Shown one piece after another: positions 1-10,836 of a DNA stretch of 64,000 bases. Below the pieces are notes generated by a model that did no database searches, was not told the origin of the DNA, and saw only the letters and a list, made by a program, of their open reading frames with translations. The position numbers were made by a program, and so were the translations under genes. This DNA is from an uncultured delta proteobacterium (GTDB lineage Bacteria; Desulfobacterota; Desulfobacteria; Desulfobacterales; JAFDCJ01): the NCBI GenBank assembly GCA_963769935.1, contig CAVYNY010000011.1, forward strand, positions 224,001 to 288,000, given 5' to 3'. Position 1 is the stretch's first letter, and each line of letters opens with the position of its first letter.

Positions 1-1
1 C

Positions 2-415
2 CAAAAAGAGCTGGATCGCATTCAGTATGAAATCAAGCCCCTGGATATCGTCCTGATTCAAACCGGGGCGGATGCGGCCTGGGGTACGGAGAAATATCTG
101 GTGACGGGCGCCGGTATGGATCGGGACAGCACCCTGTTTCTGACCGAAAAAGGCATCAAGGTGGTGGGAATCGACGCCTGGAGCTGGGACCGCCCGCTGC
201 CCTTTCAGGCCAAAGAGTTCAGCGCAAACAGAGATCCCAAGGTCATCTGGGAAGCGCACTTTGCCGGGATTGACATCGGCTATTGCCACATGGAAAAAAT
301 GGCCAATCTGTCCGCCATCGGCAAACCTTTCGGATTCACGGTCTGCTGTTTTCCCGTCAAGATCAAGGGCGCCAGCGCGGGATGGACAAGACCGGTGGCG
401 ATCATCGAGGAATAA
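2..415 (+). CDS. Cyclase family protein (kynurenine formamidase-like), 5' partial
   Basis: Frame open from the window edge; GIKVVGIDAWSWD, AH..G, HMEKMANL, FPVKIKGASAGWTRPVA are typical of the cyclase-family C-terminus. Confidence 0.85.
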   Translation, partial: QKELDRIQYEIKPLDIVLIQTGADAAWGTEKYLVTGAGMDRDSTLFLTEKGIKVVGIDAWSWDRPLPFQAKEFSANRDPKVIWEAHFAGIDIGYCHMEKMANLSAIGKPFGFTVCCFPVKIKGASAGWTRPVAIIEE

Positions 416-449
416 ATAAATTCAATGATTAAGAAAAAGGAGGCTTAAA

Positions 450-1523
450 ATGAAAATGTGGCAAAAAGCGCTGTTGATTGTCGTTTTGGCTTCACTGGTT
501 TTTAGTTTGCCCGTAGGCCCGGCATCGGCCAAAGACTATAAACTCACCGTCGTTGCAGGTCATCCGCCCATCTTTTTATGGGTGACGCTGTGCCGTGACT
601 ATTTCATTCCGGAAGTCGACAAACGCTTGCTGGAAGCCGGTGGAAAGGACAAAATTGAGTGGAACCAGGCCTATGGCGGTACCGTGGCGAAAATCGGCGG
701 GGTCCTCGAAGCGATCGAAGGAGGCATCGCCGATATGGGCTTTGTAGGGACGATATTTGAAGCCTCCAAAATGCCGCTGCACAATGTGACCTACATGACA
801 CCCTTCGGGACCGACAATATTTTTTACGTGGTCGACATCATGCATGAGCTGCAGTCCAAGATTCCGGCCCTGGCCCAGGAGTGGAGCCGTTACAACCAGA
901 TCAACCTGGGCGGGGCGGCGCTGGATACATACGGGATTCTGACCAATTTTCCGGTGAAAACCGTGGACGATGTCGACGGCCATAAAATTGCCGCTCCCGG
1001 ACCGTCCGCCAACTGGCTGAAGGGAACCGGCGGGGTCCCGGTGGCCTCCAACCTGAACGAATACTACAACGGGATTAAAACCGGGGTCTTCGAGGGCACC
1101 CTGACCTTTATGACCGCGGCCATGGCCATCAAGGTTTACGAAGTCGCACCCTATATCTGCATGGTGAATTTCGGCGCGCAGTTTGCCGGCGGCCTCAGCA
1201 TCAACAAGGATATTTTTGAATCGTTTCCGCCCTATATGCAGCAAATCTTTATCGATGTCGGCAAGGGATACAATGAAAAGCTGGCCGAGGCCCAGGCGGC
1301 CCGGGCCAGCAAAGCCATGGAGACCATGAAGCAAGGCGGGGCCAAAGTCGTCTACCTGTCTGAAGCCGAACGCGAACGCTGGGCCGGCAAACTGCCCAAC
1401 GTTCCGATGGAATGGGCGCAGGCCATGGAGGAAAAAGGCCTGCCCGGCAAGGCCATGCTCAAAGGCTACCTGGACGGCTTAAGAGCGCGCGGCGTCAAAC
1501 TGGCACGAGATTGGGATAAGTAA
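450..1523 (+). CDS. dctP: TRAP transporter substrate-binding protein (DctP family)
   Basis: AAGGAGG RBS, signal peptide, DctP-like pattern, directly upstream of DctQ/DctM. Confidence 0.85.
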   Translation: MKMWQKALLIVVLASLVFSLPVGPASAKDYKLTVVAGHPPIFLWVTLCRDYFIPEVDKRLLEAGGKDKIEWNQAYGGTVAKIGGVLEAIEGGIADMGFVGTIFEASKMPLHNVTYMTPFGTDNIFYVVDIMHELQSKIPALAQEWSRYNQINLGGAALDTYGILTNFPVKTVDDVDGHKIAAPGPSANWLKGTGGVPVASNLNEYYNGIKTGVFEGTLTFMTAAMAIKVYEVAPYICMVNFGAQFAGGLSINKDIFESFPPYMQQIFIDVGKGYNEKLAEAQAARASKAMETMKQGGAKVVYLSEAERERWAGKLPNVPMEWAQAMEEKGLPGKAMLKGYLDGLRARGVKLARDWDK

Positions 1524-1540
1524 GCCAGTAATTTTCTAAT

Positions 1541-1676
1541 GAATGGATTCGTTTGTATTTTCTCTTTATTAGACAGAATTTATTGGATTTTTTTCTTTGT
1601 TTCCGGAAGAAACAAAGAATATCCTCACAATCCTGTCTATCCTGTCTGATTTAAAAAAATATAACAGAATCCATTC
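1541..1676. repeat. MITE-like palindromic element, terminal inverted repeats GAATGGATTC...GAATCCATTC
   Basis: 10-bp TIRs and internal GACAGAAT/ATCCTGTC arms; related copy at 41751-41908. Confidence 0.65.
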
Positions 1677-1719
1677 CGATTAACCTGATCGCTTGCGGGA
1701 AAGGAAAGATTAACTCGAT

Positions 1720-3609
1720 TTGGCTAAAAAAGGAACAATGCAAGGCACCCCCTGGCGTCCCCGGTTTTCCTTTGGGTTCGTCATTTCGGTCATGAACAGT
1801 ATCGGCACGGCCTGGGTTTTCGTGCTGCTGGTGATCATCAACTTGGACATCGGCGGACGCGCGCTTTTCAACCATCCGATCCGCGGGGTGCCCGAAATTG
1901 TGTCTTTGTCCATTGTGGCCTGTGTCTTTCTGCAGATTGCCCACACCCTGAAGGTGGATCGGCTGACACGCTCGGATATTTTATTAAACCGGCTGGGAGC
2001 GAGACACCCCGGTTTGAGGCATTTTCTGGAAGGCGTATATTATCTTGTCGGTGCGGGGGTGATGGCCATATTATTCAACGCCAGCATTCCGCTGTTCACC
2101 AGGGCCTGGCGCATCGACGAATATGTGGGGGCCCAGGGGGATTTCATGGCGCCGATCTGGCCGGTGAAGCTGATCATCCTGATCGGATGCGCCGCGGGTG
2201 CCGTCCAGTTTCTGCTGATGGCCGTCGGCAGCTTCAGGAACCTGACCGCATCAGGCCGCATATGCCAAGGATGCCCGCGGAGGGAGCCGATGACGGACAT
2301 TCAGATCGGAATGCTGTCCATCGTCGGTATTTTGTTTCTGATATATGCCGGCATGCATGTGGCCATTGCCCTGACGCTTTTGTCCCTGCTGGGGGTCTGG
2401 CTGATCAAAGACAATTGGACCATTGCCACCAAACTTATGGCCTTAGCGGCCTCCGACAGTATTTCCGGCTATATTTTCGGCGTGGTGCCGCTGTTTGTCT
2501 TAATGGGTCTGCTGATATCCGTGTCGGGCATCGGCAAGGACACCTTCGAGGTGGCCAACCGGCTTTTTAGAGGTATCCCGGGCGGACTGGGGATATCGAC
2601 CGTTGCCGCCAATGCGATTTTTGCGGCGGTGACCGGCATTTCCATCGCTTCGGCCGCGGTATTCACCAAGGTGGCCGTGCCCGAAATGATCCGCCTGGGG
2701 CACAAACCCCGGTTTGCCGTGGGGGTGGTGACGGGGTCTTCGGTCTTGGGGATGCTGATTCCTCCCAGCCTGCTGCTGATCCTATTCGGCGTGCTGACCG
2801 AAACTTCCATCGGGGATCTGTTTAAAGCCGGTATCATGCCCGGCATCGTGTTGTCGGCTGCCTACAGCGGGCTGATTCTTTTAATGGCCTACCGTTTTCC
2901 CGCTTATGTGGGTCAAACGATCGATGAATCAAAGGATAGTCCAGCCGGACGCATGACCTTCGTCCAGGCAGTCTGGAAACTGACCCCGATTGCGCTGCTG
3001 GTGGCCCTGGTGCTGGGGGGGATTTACGCCGGCTGGTTTACCCCCACCGAATCCGGGGCCGTGGGCGCTTTGGGCGCTTTGCTGCTGGCGCTGGGCAAAC
3101 GGCAGCTGACCTGGGGCAAACTGTGGCAGGTGCTTACCGAAACCGGACATGTTACCGTTTCCATCCTGTTTTTGCTGATTGCGGCCAATATTTACGGGCG
3201 CATGCTGGCGCTGTCCGGCATTACCGGGTTTATTGCAGCCTGGATCGGTGAATCCGGCTGGGGATTGTACACCATCCTGGCGATCTACCTGGTGATCGTC
3301 CTTCTGATGGGGACCATCCTGGACTCCACCTCCATCATGATGATCGTTGTGCCGCTGATTTATCCCATCATGCAGGACCTGCAGGTCGATTTTGTCTGGT
3401 TCGGGGTGGTGACGGTGATTGCGATCGAGGTCGGGCTGATTACGCCGCCGCTGGGGATTGCCGCCTTTGTGGTAAAATCAACCCTTGACGACCAGAGCAT
3501 CACCCTCAACGATGTCTTCGCCGGTGCGTTTCCATACGTGTTGATTATGATTCTGGTCCTGGTGCTGGTGGTCATTTTTCCCGGAATCAGTTTGGTTTTA
3601 GTAAGATAA
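1720..3609 (+). CDS. TRAP transporter DctQ and DctM permeases in one ORF (DctM part starts at ATG 2290)
   Basis: N-terminal 4-TM DctQ-like part; C-terminal DctM motifs LGMLIPPS, FTPTESGAVG, GLITPPLG. Confidence 0.85.
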   Translation: MAKKGTMQGTPWRPRFSFGFVISVMNSIGTAWVFVLLVIINLDIGGRALFNHPIRGVPEIVSLSIVACVFLQIAHTLKVDRLTRSDILLNRLGARHPGLRHFLEGVYYLVGAGVMAILFNASIPLFTRAWRIDEYVGAQGDFMAPIWPVKLIILIGCAAGAVQFLLMAVGSFRNLTASGRICQGCPRREPMTDIQIGMLSIVGILFLIYAGMHVAIALTLLSLLGVWLIKDNWTIATKLMALAASDSISGYIFGVVPLFVLMGLLISVSGIGKDTFEVANRLFRGIPGGLGISTVAANAIFAAVTGISIASAAVFTKVAVPEMIRLGHKPRFAVGVVTGSSVLGMLIPPSLLLILFGVLTETSIGDLFKAGIMPGIVLSAAYSGLILLMAYRFPAYVGQTIDESKDSPAGRMTFVQAVWKLTPIALLVALVLGGIYAGWFTPTESGAVGALGALLLALGKRQLTWGKLWQVLTETGHVTVSILFLLIAANIYGRMLALSGITGFIAAWIGESGWGLYTILAIYLVIVLLMGTILDSTSIMMIVVPLIYPIMQDLQVDFVWFGVVTVIAIEVGLITPPLGIAAFVVKSTLDDQSITLNDVFAGAFPYVLIMILVLVLVVIFPGISLVLVR

Positions 3610-3833
3610 TATTTTTGCCTCCATATCAGGTTATAAATTGCTGTTAGGTCCCTCAGTGCGATTATTTCCTAAAAATTGTGTCGTATTTATCGTCAAAAAT
3701 ATCATTTAAAATTGCTGCAGATGACGCCAGCCGGTTCACGGCCGGCACGCTGCCCAACGGACTTGCATTTGCCGAAAACGGCGATATCTTAAATAACTAT
3801 TCAACCAATTAACTAAAGAATGAGGAGCTGATT

Positions 3834-4760
3834 ATGTCCGAAAAGTTTATCGTTACGGCCGCCCTAACCGGGGCCATTCATACCCCGACCATGTCGCCGG
3901 ACCTTCCGATTACCCCTGCTGAGCTTGCCGAAGAGGCTCGCCGGGCAAGGGAAGCGGGCGCAGCGGTGGTCCACGTTCATGCCCGTAATCCGGAAACCGG
4001 CCAGCCTTCCGCCGACAGCCGGCTGTTCGGCGACATTTTAGCGAAGATCAAAAATAAATCCGACGCGGTCATCTGCACCACCACCGGCGGTGGATTCGGT
4101 ATGACCGTCGAGCAGCGGGTGTCCGTGGTTAAAGCCTACAGCCCGGAGCTGGCTTCGCTGAATGCCGGTTCTTTAAATTTTGCCCTGCATCCGATTTTGG
4201 AAAAAATCAAAGAATTCAAATTTGACTGGGAACCCCAGTACCTGGGCATGAGCGAAGATTTTATCTTCCCGAACACCTTTAAAACCCTGCGCGAGTTTGC
4301 CGAATTTTTTGCCGCGGAGAACACCAAACCGGAACTTGAAATTTATGACGCCGGCATGATCAACAACGTGGCCTTTCTGCTGAGCCAGGGCTACATCAAG
4401 AGTCCGGTCTATCTGCAATTTGTATTGGGAATTCTGGGCGGTATGCAGGCCACGATCAACAACCTGGTGTTTCTGGTCAATTCGGCCAAAGAAATCCTCG
4501 GTGACGGCTTTCAATGGTCGGTGTGTGCGGCCGGCAAAAATCAATTTAAAATGTGCAACGCCGCCCTGCTGATGGGAGGTTTTACCCGGGTGGGGCTGGA
4601 GGATAATCTCTATCTGGATAAGGGCCGGATGGCCCAAAGCAGCGGCGAGCAGGTTGAAAAGATCGTGCGCATCGCCAGAGAGCACGGCCTGGAACCGGCT
4701 ACACCGGAGGAGGCGAGGGAGATACTGAGATTAAAGGGGTTGGATAAAGTCAGGTATTAA
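3834..4760 (+). CDS. 3-keto-5-aminohexanoate cleavage protein (BKACE/DUF849)
   Basis: ITAALTG-like start, GAAVVHVHAR, PELASLNAGS, RVGLEDN; GAGGAG RBS. Confidence 0.9.
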   Translation: MSEKFIVTAALTGAIHTPTMSPDLPITPAELAEEARRAREAGAAVVHVHARNPETGQPSADSRLFGDILAKIKNKSDAVICTTTGGGFGMTVEQRVSVVKAYSPELASLNAGSLNFALHPILEKIKEFKFDWEPQYLGMSEDFIFPNTFKTLREFAEFFAAENTKPELEIYDAGMINNVAFLLSQGYIKSPVYLQFVLGILGGMQATINNLVFLVNSAKEILGDGFQWSVCAAGKNQFKMCNAALLMGGFTRVGLEDNLYLDKGRMAQSSGEQVEKIVRIAREHGLEPATPEEAREILRLKGLDKVRY

Positions 4761-4764
4761 CGGG

Positions 4765-5304
4765 TTAGATATACTCCTCCTGCATAAACGCGCTGATCAG
4801 ATCGATATGTTGGGGGGTCATATCGCTGAATTTTACGCCCATGCCCAGCATGCCTTTCCACAGGATTTCACCGTTGATATTCAACCGACCGGGGCTGTTC
4901 GGCAGGGAAAACGAGAGCCGGATCGACTGACCGGCGATAAACGGTTCGCCGGTTTCAATAAAGGCCCCGGCCGGACTGATATCCAGCATAAACCCTTCAA
5001 AATTGCGATCCTCAACCGTGTAATCGATGTTGAGCATACAGGATTTACGCGTGTGGCCCCGCAGGGCGATTTCGGTTTCTTCCAGGCTGACGGATTTGAG
5101 GGGAAGTTCCTGGAGTTGCTCTAACAGGGTGGACTGTCGATCGTCGGACATGGTGCCGATCAACCGAAACAAAGTAGAGGTGAGATTGCCTTTCAGCAGC
5201 TGTTTGAGCAGAATCAATTGCTGATCTTCAGGCAAATTCTTTATCGTTTCCGCTAATTTTAAATTGACTGTTTTGTGATCCGACGGTGGTTTGATGCCTG
5301 TCAT
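4765..5304 (-). CDS. PilZ domain protein
   Basis: RGHTR and DISPAGA c-di-GMP-binding motifs, GMGVKF. Confidence 0.85.
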   Translation of the reverse strand: MTGIKPPSDHKTVNLKLAETIKNLPEDQQLILLKQLLKGNLTSTLFRLIGTMSDDRQSTLLEQLQELPLKSVSLEETEIALRGHTRKSCMLNIDYTVEDRNFEGFMLDISPAGAFIETGEPFIAGQSIRLSFSLPNSPGRLNINGEILWKGMLGMGVKFSDMTPQHIDLISAFMQEEYI

Positions 5305-5478
5305 TAAAAGGCTCCTTCGTTATTGATTATACATCTTGCCGCAGCAGTATAACCTTGATTGATCGGGAACAAAATAAAAAATCGAAAAACTGAACTGTCC
5401 CGGACCGGATGATCAGGCGTTGATCACGCGCCGGCGGGACGTCGTTTAGTTGAATTGTAAAAGAATTAACAAAAATCC

Positions 5479-7011
5479 ATGCACTATGTCAAGAATCATG
5501 GAAGCGGTTTGAAAAACCAAACAATCGCCAAACTCGAAAACGTTACTCTCAGAGTCAGAGACACGCTGATACTGCCCAACACAAGCTGGCAAATCGACAA
5601 AGGGCAGCACTGGGCGATTTTGGGCCCCAACGGCGCCGGGAAGACTTCCCTGGTCAAAGCGCTTGTCGGGGATGTCCCGGCGGTCAAGGGTACGATACGT
5701 GCTTTGGATGATCCCGCCAATCCACTGCGGGCTGAATATGTATCCTTCGAGCAGCATCAGCGCCTGATTGCACGCGAGGATCAACGCGATGAATTCCGTT
5801 CTTTCAGCGGCGATTTAGACCGCATCACCACGGTCCGTGAAATACTGCTTGAAGGCGACGGCCAGCCGAGCGGCCTGGGCGCTGATATCGCGGCTGCGGT
5901 CGCCGCACTTAAAATCCAGCACTTGCTCGGCCGGGGAATCCGGGCCCTATCCACGGGGGAAATGAGAAAAATTCAGATTGCGCGGGCGCTGCAGAAGCTG
6001 CCGGAAATTATGATTTTGGACGAACCTTTTGACGGCCTGGATGAAGCTTCCCGCCGGGATCTGGCTCAAATTATCGATGGCCTGATGGATGAAACCCGGA
6101 CCGTGATCCTGGTCACCCATCGTGAGCGGGAGATTTTGCCCAAAATCTCGCATGTGCTGGCCGTCCGAGACGGGGAGGTGCTGTTTCAAGGGAGTCGCTC
6201 GGAGGTGCTGACGCCTTCCCAAATGGAGCGTCTGTACGCATTCGATTTTGCCGCTTCTTTTTCCATTCCGGCCGGAGAAGATCGCACCGAGCCGGCTGCC
6301 GGCAGCCTGTCCCGTACTCTGGTCTGTATGCAACATGTGACGGTACAATACGGCGCCACCACGGCCCTGGATGATGTCAGCTGGACTATGAAACACGGTG
6401 AGAACTGGGCTATACTGGGCCCCAACGGTTCCGGCAAGACAACCCTGCTGAATCTGATCACGGCCGACAATCCCCAGGCGTACGCCAACCGGATTTACTT
6501 ATTCGGCCGACGTCGCGGTTCGGGGGAAAGCATCTGGGATATCAAACAACGCATCGGCACCGTGTCCTCTGAATTTCAGATCCGCTACCGCAAGCCCATC
6601 GCGGCGTTTGAGGTTGTCTTATCCGGATTTTTCGACAGCATCGGTCTTTATCGCCATGCATCTGCCCGGCAAAAACAAACGGCCGAACAGTGGATGGCGG
6701 TTCTGGGCATTGCCCATAAGTCGGATAAAACCTTCAATCAGCTTTCTTACGGTGAGCAGCGCATGGTTCTGCTGGCGCGATCCATGGTGAAGATGCCGCT
6801 GATACTGATTCTGGATGAGCCTTGCCAGGGGCTTGACCGCACAAACCGGCAAAGAATTCTGGATGCCATTGATGTCATCGGCCGCCACAGCGGGACCCAT
6901 ATCCTTTATGTGACCCATTATCCGGATGAGATCCCCGCCTGCATCACCCACCTGCTGCAATTCAAACAGACACCCACCGGAAGATACCGGGCCAGCCGGC
7001 GGCGGTGCTGA
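5479..7011 (+). CDS. modF: Duplicated ABC ATPase, ModF-like
   Basis: Two Walker A motifs (GPNGAGKT, GPNGSGKT), LSTGE and LSYGEQR signatures, GSGESIWDIKQRIG. Confidence 0.8.
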   Translation: MHYVKNHGSGLKNQTIAKLENVTLRVRDTLILPNTSWQIDKGQHWAILGPNGAGKTSLVKALVGDVPAVKGTIRALDDPANPLRAEYVSFEQHQRLIAREDQRDEFRSFSGDLDRITTVREILLEGDGQPSGLGADIAAAVAALKIQHLLGRGIRALSTGEMRKIQIARALQKLPEIMILDEPFDGLDEASRRDLAQIIDGLMDETRTVILVTHREREILPKISHVLAVRDGEVLFQGSRSEVLTPSQMERLYAFDFAASFSIPAGEDRTEPAAGSLSRTLVCMQHVTVQYGATTALDDVSWTMKHGENWAILGPNGSGKTTLLNLITADNPQAYANRIYLFGRRRGSGESIWDIKQRIGTVSSEFQIRYRKPIAAFEVVLSGFFDSIGLYRHASARQKQTAEQWMAVLGIAHKSDKTFNQLSYGEQRMVLLARSMVKMPLILILDEPCQGLDRTNRQRILDAIDVIGRHSGTHILYVTHYPDEIPACITHLLQFKQTPTGRYRASRRRC

Positions 7012-7388
7012 CACCTTATATGAATCTGAATAAAAAGAGTGTCATGTCAAATCTCAGGAGAAAAAAAGCCTAATAACAAAGCAAAACCGGCAAGGCATAA
7101 ATTCCAAATTCCAATAATCAATGACCGAAATCGGCCGAACCAGGAAAATCCAGCTGGTTAATTTTATTGTGTTTTGTTATTTGGAATTTGTGATTTTGAT
7201 TTGTGCTATTACGGTCCCAGAAGGAACTTAGAGTTTTAATCGTCTCATGTCCTTGAATATCCTCGACTGGATCATCATTCGGCGCCGGAGAGCCGACACC
7301 GGTGGCGGCGCTATTATCTGGTGCTGGCGGCCTGTGGCGTCGGCCTTCTAACGCTGCTGACCATCGCGACTATGATTTTTTAGATGTC

Positions 7389-7517
7389 TTAATCCTCCGG
7401 CCCATTCTCTTCGTCCGGTGTTTCCTCTTCGATCATATCACAGGTCATGTAAGAACCGTCATCGACGGTCACAAGGCAATCCAATTCTTCGTCGGTTTCA
7501 TGGCGTTTGTCGTTCAT
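7389..7517 (-). CDS. Small acidic hypothetical protein (42 aa, MNDKRHETDEELDCLVTVDDGSYMTCDMIEEETPDEENGPED)
   Basis: ATG with AAAGGA RBS, TAA stop, strongly biased composition; below the ORF track cutoff. Confidence 0.45.
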   Translation of the reverse strand: MNDKRHETDEELDCLVTVDDGSYMTCDMIEEETPDEENGPED

Positions 7518-7757
7518 TTTTGATTTCCTTTGGCATGTATTTGACGGGTATCCTCAGATACCGGTGTATTCAAAGAAACCTGATTCTCTATGACAGGATT
7601 CTTTACTCAGCGGTTGACCATATAATGGGCATGAATTGGAGAATGTAAATTGTTATGGGTTATATGACGGCCAAAACCACCCCTCTCTTCGAGCTGTAGG
7701 CTCTACGAGCCGGAAGCTGGGACGAAGTCAAAGCCTGGCGATCTGGGCCAGGATTCT

Positions 7758-8918
7758 TTACTTCTCTTGCGGCAGAAAAAATATTAGGCCCACGGTGAGC
7801 AGCGGTATAAGGGCCAGGACACCCAGCACGGTGCGAATGGAGTACAGGTCCGACAGCATGCCGGTCAGGGGTGTCAGCAGGCCGCCGAGGCCGTATGCCA
7901 GGCCCGTCATCAGGCTGGAGGCCATGGACTTGCCGCGCGGGGCCAGTTTTTGAACCAGCGCGACTCCCAGAGGAATGGTTGCCAGGACAAAAAATCCGGT
8001 AAAAAAAGCCCCCGAATAAACCCATGCGCCGGAAGACTTCAGCAGCAGATACATACTGGGGGTGGTAAGCAAGTTGGCCGCTATGAGCACCGGCTTAAAG
8101 CCGATGCGGTCGGAAAGGTGGCCGGCGAGCAAACCGCTAACTGCACCCGCCACCGTAAAAAATGACACCATCAGGCCGATTGCGACCAGTGAATATCCTT
8201 CATTAGAATAAAGCATCGGCATATAGGTCAGGAATGACTGGCTCACAAAAGCCCGAATAACCATTACCAGCCAAACCAGAATCACCGGTTTCCACACCGG
8301 GCCGAAGATTTCCTTTATGGACCCCAGCAGGCTCTTATTTTCAAAACTTTCAACCTCGGGTACCGGTATGGTTAGGTAAAGATGAACCATTATCATCAGT
8401 CCCGGCAGCATGGTCCAGGGAGTTGCCTTAAGGCCGAAATTTTCCACAACCCAGGCGATAAACAGCGGGCCTGCGGCAAATGCCAGCGTACCACCCATAT
8501 TAAAAATGGACATATTGAAACCGAAGCGTCGACCGGAGTAGGCGCCGATCATGCCGGCTACCGCAGGGTGAAACATGGAAGAGCCGATGGAACCGATGGA
8601 TACAAAAACAAGCAAAAGCCAGAAGGAAGGGGTTATTCCGGAAAGAGATATGAAGACGATCACCAGCAGCGGTCCACCCAGGACAAAGAAACGCGTGGAA
8701 TAGCGATCGGATAGATATCCAACGGGCGGCTGGACCACGAACGCCAAAAAGCGGCTCAAACCGGCGATCAACCCGGCCTTGGCTAAAGTTAAAGAATAGT
8801 TGGTGACAAAAATGGGCAGCAGCGGGATAACAAACGCATTGTAAAAATCGCCGATAAAATGTACCAGGGTGAGCTCAAAAATTATTTTGAAATTAGATTC
8901 TTTTATGGTTGAAGACAT
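7758..8918 (-). CDS. MFS transporter (Fsr-like)
   Basis: About 12 TM segments; HFIGDFY, GYLSDR, SSMFHP. Confidence 0.85.
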   Translation of the reverse strand: MSSTIKESNFKIIFELTLVHFIGDFYNAFVIPLLPIFVTNYSLTLAKAGLIAGLSRFLAFVVQPPVGYLSDRYSTRFFVLGGPLLVIVFISLSGITPSFWLLLVFVSIGSIGSSMFHPAVAGMIGAYSGRRFGFNMSIFNMGGTLAFAAGPLFIAWVVENFGLKATPWTMLPGLMIMVHLYLTIPVPEVESFENKSLLGSIKEIFGPVWKPVILVWLVMVIRAFVSQSFLTYMPMLYSNEGYSLVAIGLMVSFFTVAGAVSGLLAGHLSDRIGFKPVLIAANLLTTPSMYLLLKSSGAWVYSGAFFTGFFVLATIPLGVALVQKLAPRGKSMASSLMTGLAYGLGGLLTPLTGMLSDLYSIRTVLGVLALIPLLTVGLIFFLPQEK

Positions 8919-9182
8919 GAAATTCTACAGTCCGGAAGCTACCCGTCTTATAAAACCGAAAGTAGGTTCAGCGGCAGGGCAGGGGTATAGAGCAATGATA
9001 GGGGCGTGTCAATAAAATAATGGATAGACAACCTACCCGTTTTGCTTTTGAACCGGAAGTGTTCTAGAAAAGCGAATATTGATTACGAGGTTTTAAATTT
9101 CGAGGCCGAGTCCTTGCCCGTCCGGTGCAAATCTGGTAAAAATGCTGCCGCATGGCAATTCAGGACATTTAGGGAGGCATTT

Positions 9183-10460
9183 ATGAAAATTATCGTGGTT
9201 GGGGGCGGTTGGGCCGGATGTGCGGCGGCGTTGTCGGCACGCAAGCAGGGTGCGGAGGTTCTCTTGATCGAACGCACGGACATGCTGCTGGGAACCGGCC
9301 TGGTGGGCGGTATCATGCGCAACAACGGCCGATTTACGGCCGCCGAAGAAATGATTGCCATGGCCGGAGGAGAGCTGTTTCAGTTGACCGATCAAAACAG
9401 CCTGCATCGGGGTATTGATTTTCCGGGACACCGGCATGCATCGCTTTATAATGTAGCCAAAATGGAGCCGATCCTTAAAAATTTTCTGCTTCAGGCGGGT
9501 GTTGAAATTCAACTGTCCACCCGCATAACCGATGTTGAAATGCAGGCGGATCGTCTGAAAACCGTCATCGGAAAATGCAGTAAAGAAGAATTGCGCTTCG
9601 ATGCCGAGGCCTTTATCGACACTACCGGCACGGCCGGTCCGCCAGCCAACTGCAATAAATTCGGCAACGGATGTGTGATGTGCGTGCTGCGCTGCCATAC
9701 CTTCGGCGGACGCGTCAGCCTGGCGGCCAAAGCCGGCGTCAAAGAAATTGTCGGGAAAAAAGGCTCTCAAACCGGAGCCATGAGCGGGTCCTGCAAACTG
9801 CTTAAAGAATCCCTGTCGGAAGATATCGTGCAGCGGTTAAATAAAGACGGGGTGGTCGTCATCCCTTTGCCGGAAGCGAGTCGCTCGGCCGGCAAACTGG
9901 CAATTAAAGCCTGCCAGCAATACGCTATTTCGGAATTTGAGAAAAATATCGTTTTGCTGAACACAGGCCATGCCAAGCTCATGAGTCCTTTTTTTCCGCT
10001 GGAGGCCTTGAGGCGAATTCCGGGCTTTGAATATGCGCGCTTCGAAGACCCGTACGCCGGCGGCCAGGGTAATTCCGTGCGCTACCTGGCCATGGCACCC
10101 CGGGACGACAGCCTGCAGGTGGCAGGCGTGGCCAACCTGTTCTGTGCCGGGGAAAAAGCCGGTCTGCTGGTGGGGCACACCGAGGCCATCTGCACCGGCA
10201 CACTGGCCGGCTATAATGCCGTCCGAAAAATAAAAAAAGACCCCCTGCTGGTAATCCCCGAGAGCCTGGCGATCGGAGATGCCATCCGTCAGGTGCGTCT
10301 GCGGATGAAAACCAGTGAGGGGCTGGGATTCAAATATACGTTTTCCGGCTCTGTTTTCTTTGAGCGCATGCTGGAACGCAAGCTGTATTCCACCGACGTA
10401 CAGCAGATCGAGCAAAGGGTGGCGGCCGCTGGATTGGGAGGTGTATTTGCTGGTAGCTGA
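9183..10460 (+). CDS. FAD-dependent oxidoreductase (GidA/TrmFO-like)
   Basis: GGAGG RBS then MKIIVVGGGWAG Rossmann motif; NLFCAGEKAG, GHTEA. Confidence 0.8.
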   Translation: MKIIVVGGGWAGCAAALSARKQGAEVLLIERTDMLLGTGLVGGIMRNNGRFTAAEEMIAMAGGELFQLTDQNSLHRGIDFPGHRHASLYNVAKMEPILKNFLLQAGVEIQLSTRITDVEMQADRLKTVIGKCSKEELRFDAEAFIDTTGTAGPPANCNKFGNGCVMCVLRCHTFGGRVSLAAKAGVKEIVGKKGSQTGAMSGSCKLLKESLSEDIVQRLNKDGVVVIPLPEASRSAGKLAIKACQQYAISEFEKNIVLLNTGHAKLMSPFFPLEALRRIPGFEYARFEDPYAGGQGNSVRYLAMAPRDDSLQVAGVANLFCAGEKAGLLVGHTEAICTGTLAGYNAVRKIKKDPLLVIPESLAIGDAIRQVRLRMKTSEGLGFKYTFSGSVFFERMLERKLYSTDVQQIEQRVAAAGLGGVFAGS

Positions 10461-10524
10461 TCCTGATATGAAAATTCAGGAAAACGACGCGGGTCTCTTT
10501 TTATTTCTCAGAAGGCAGGGGAAA

Positions 10525-10777
10525 AATTCCAAATTTCAAGCACCAAATTACAAACAAATCCCAAATCACAATAATCAATGACCGAAACCGGTCAAGCCGG
10601 GAAAATCCCGCTGGTTTATTTTTTCCTGTTTCAGAACTTTCGTGATTTCGTGATAAAAGGATCGCTTTTTTGTCTAGAGCGATATTCAAGACTGATAAAG
10701 TCTTGTTTGGAATTTGGAATTTTGGTGATTGGAATTTGTTTGGGATTTGTGATTTGGAATTTGTGATTTTGATTTGC
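10525..10777. repeat. Inverted-arm element built from degenerate CCAAAT/ATTTGG short repeats; related shorter copy at about 7099-7204
   Basis: Both copies share CAATAATCAATGACCGAAA and TTGGAATTTGTGATTTTGATTTG. Confidence 0.65.
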
Positions 10778-10836
10778 GTCCGCCTTAAGGTCTGATCCGC
10801 GTACCTGAACGCGTTGGAGGAAGCCCCCTGACGGGT

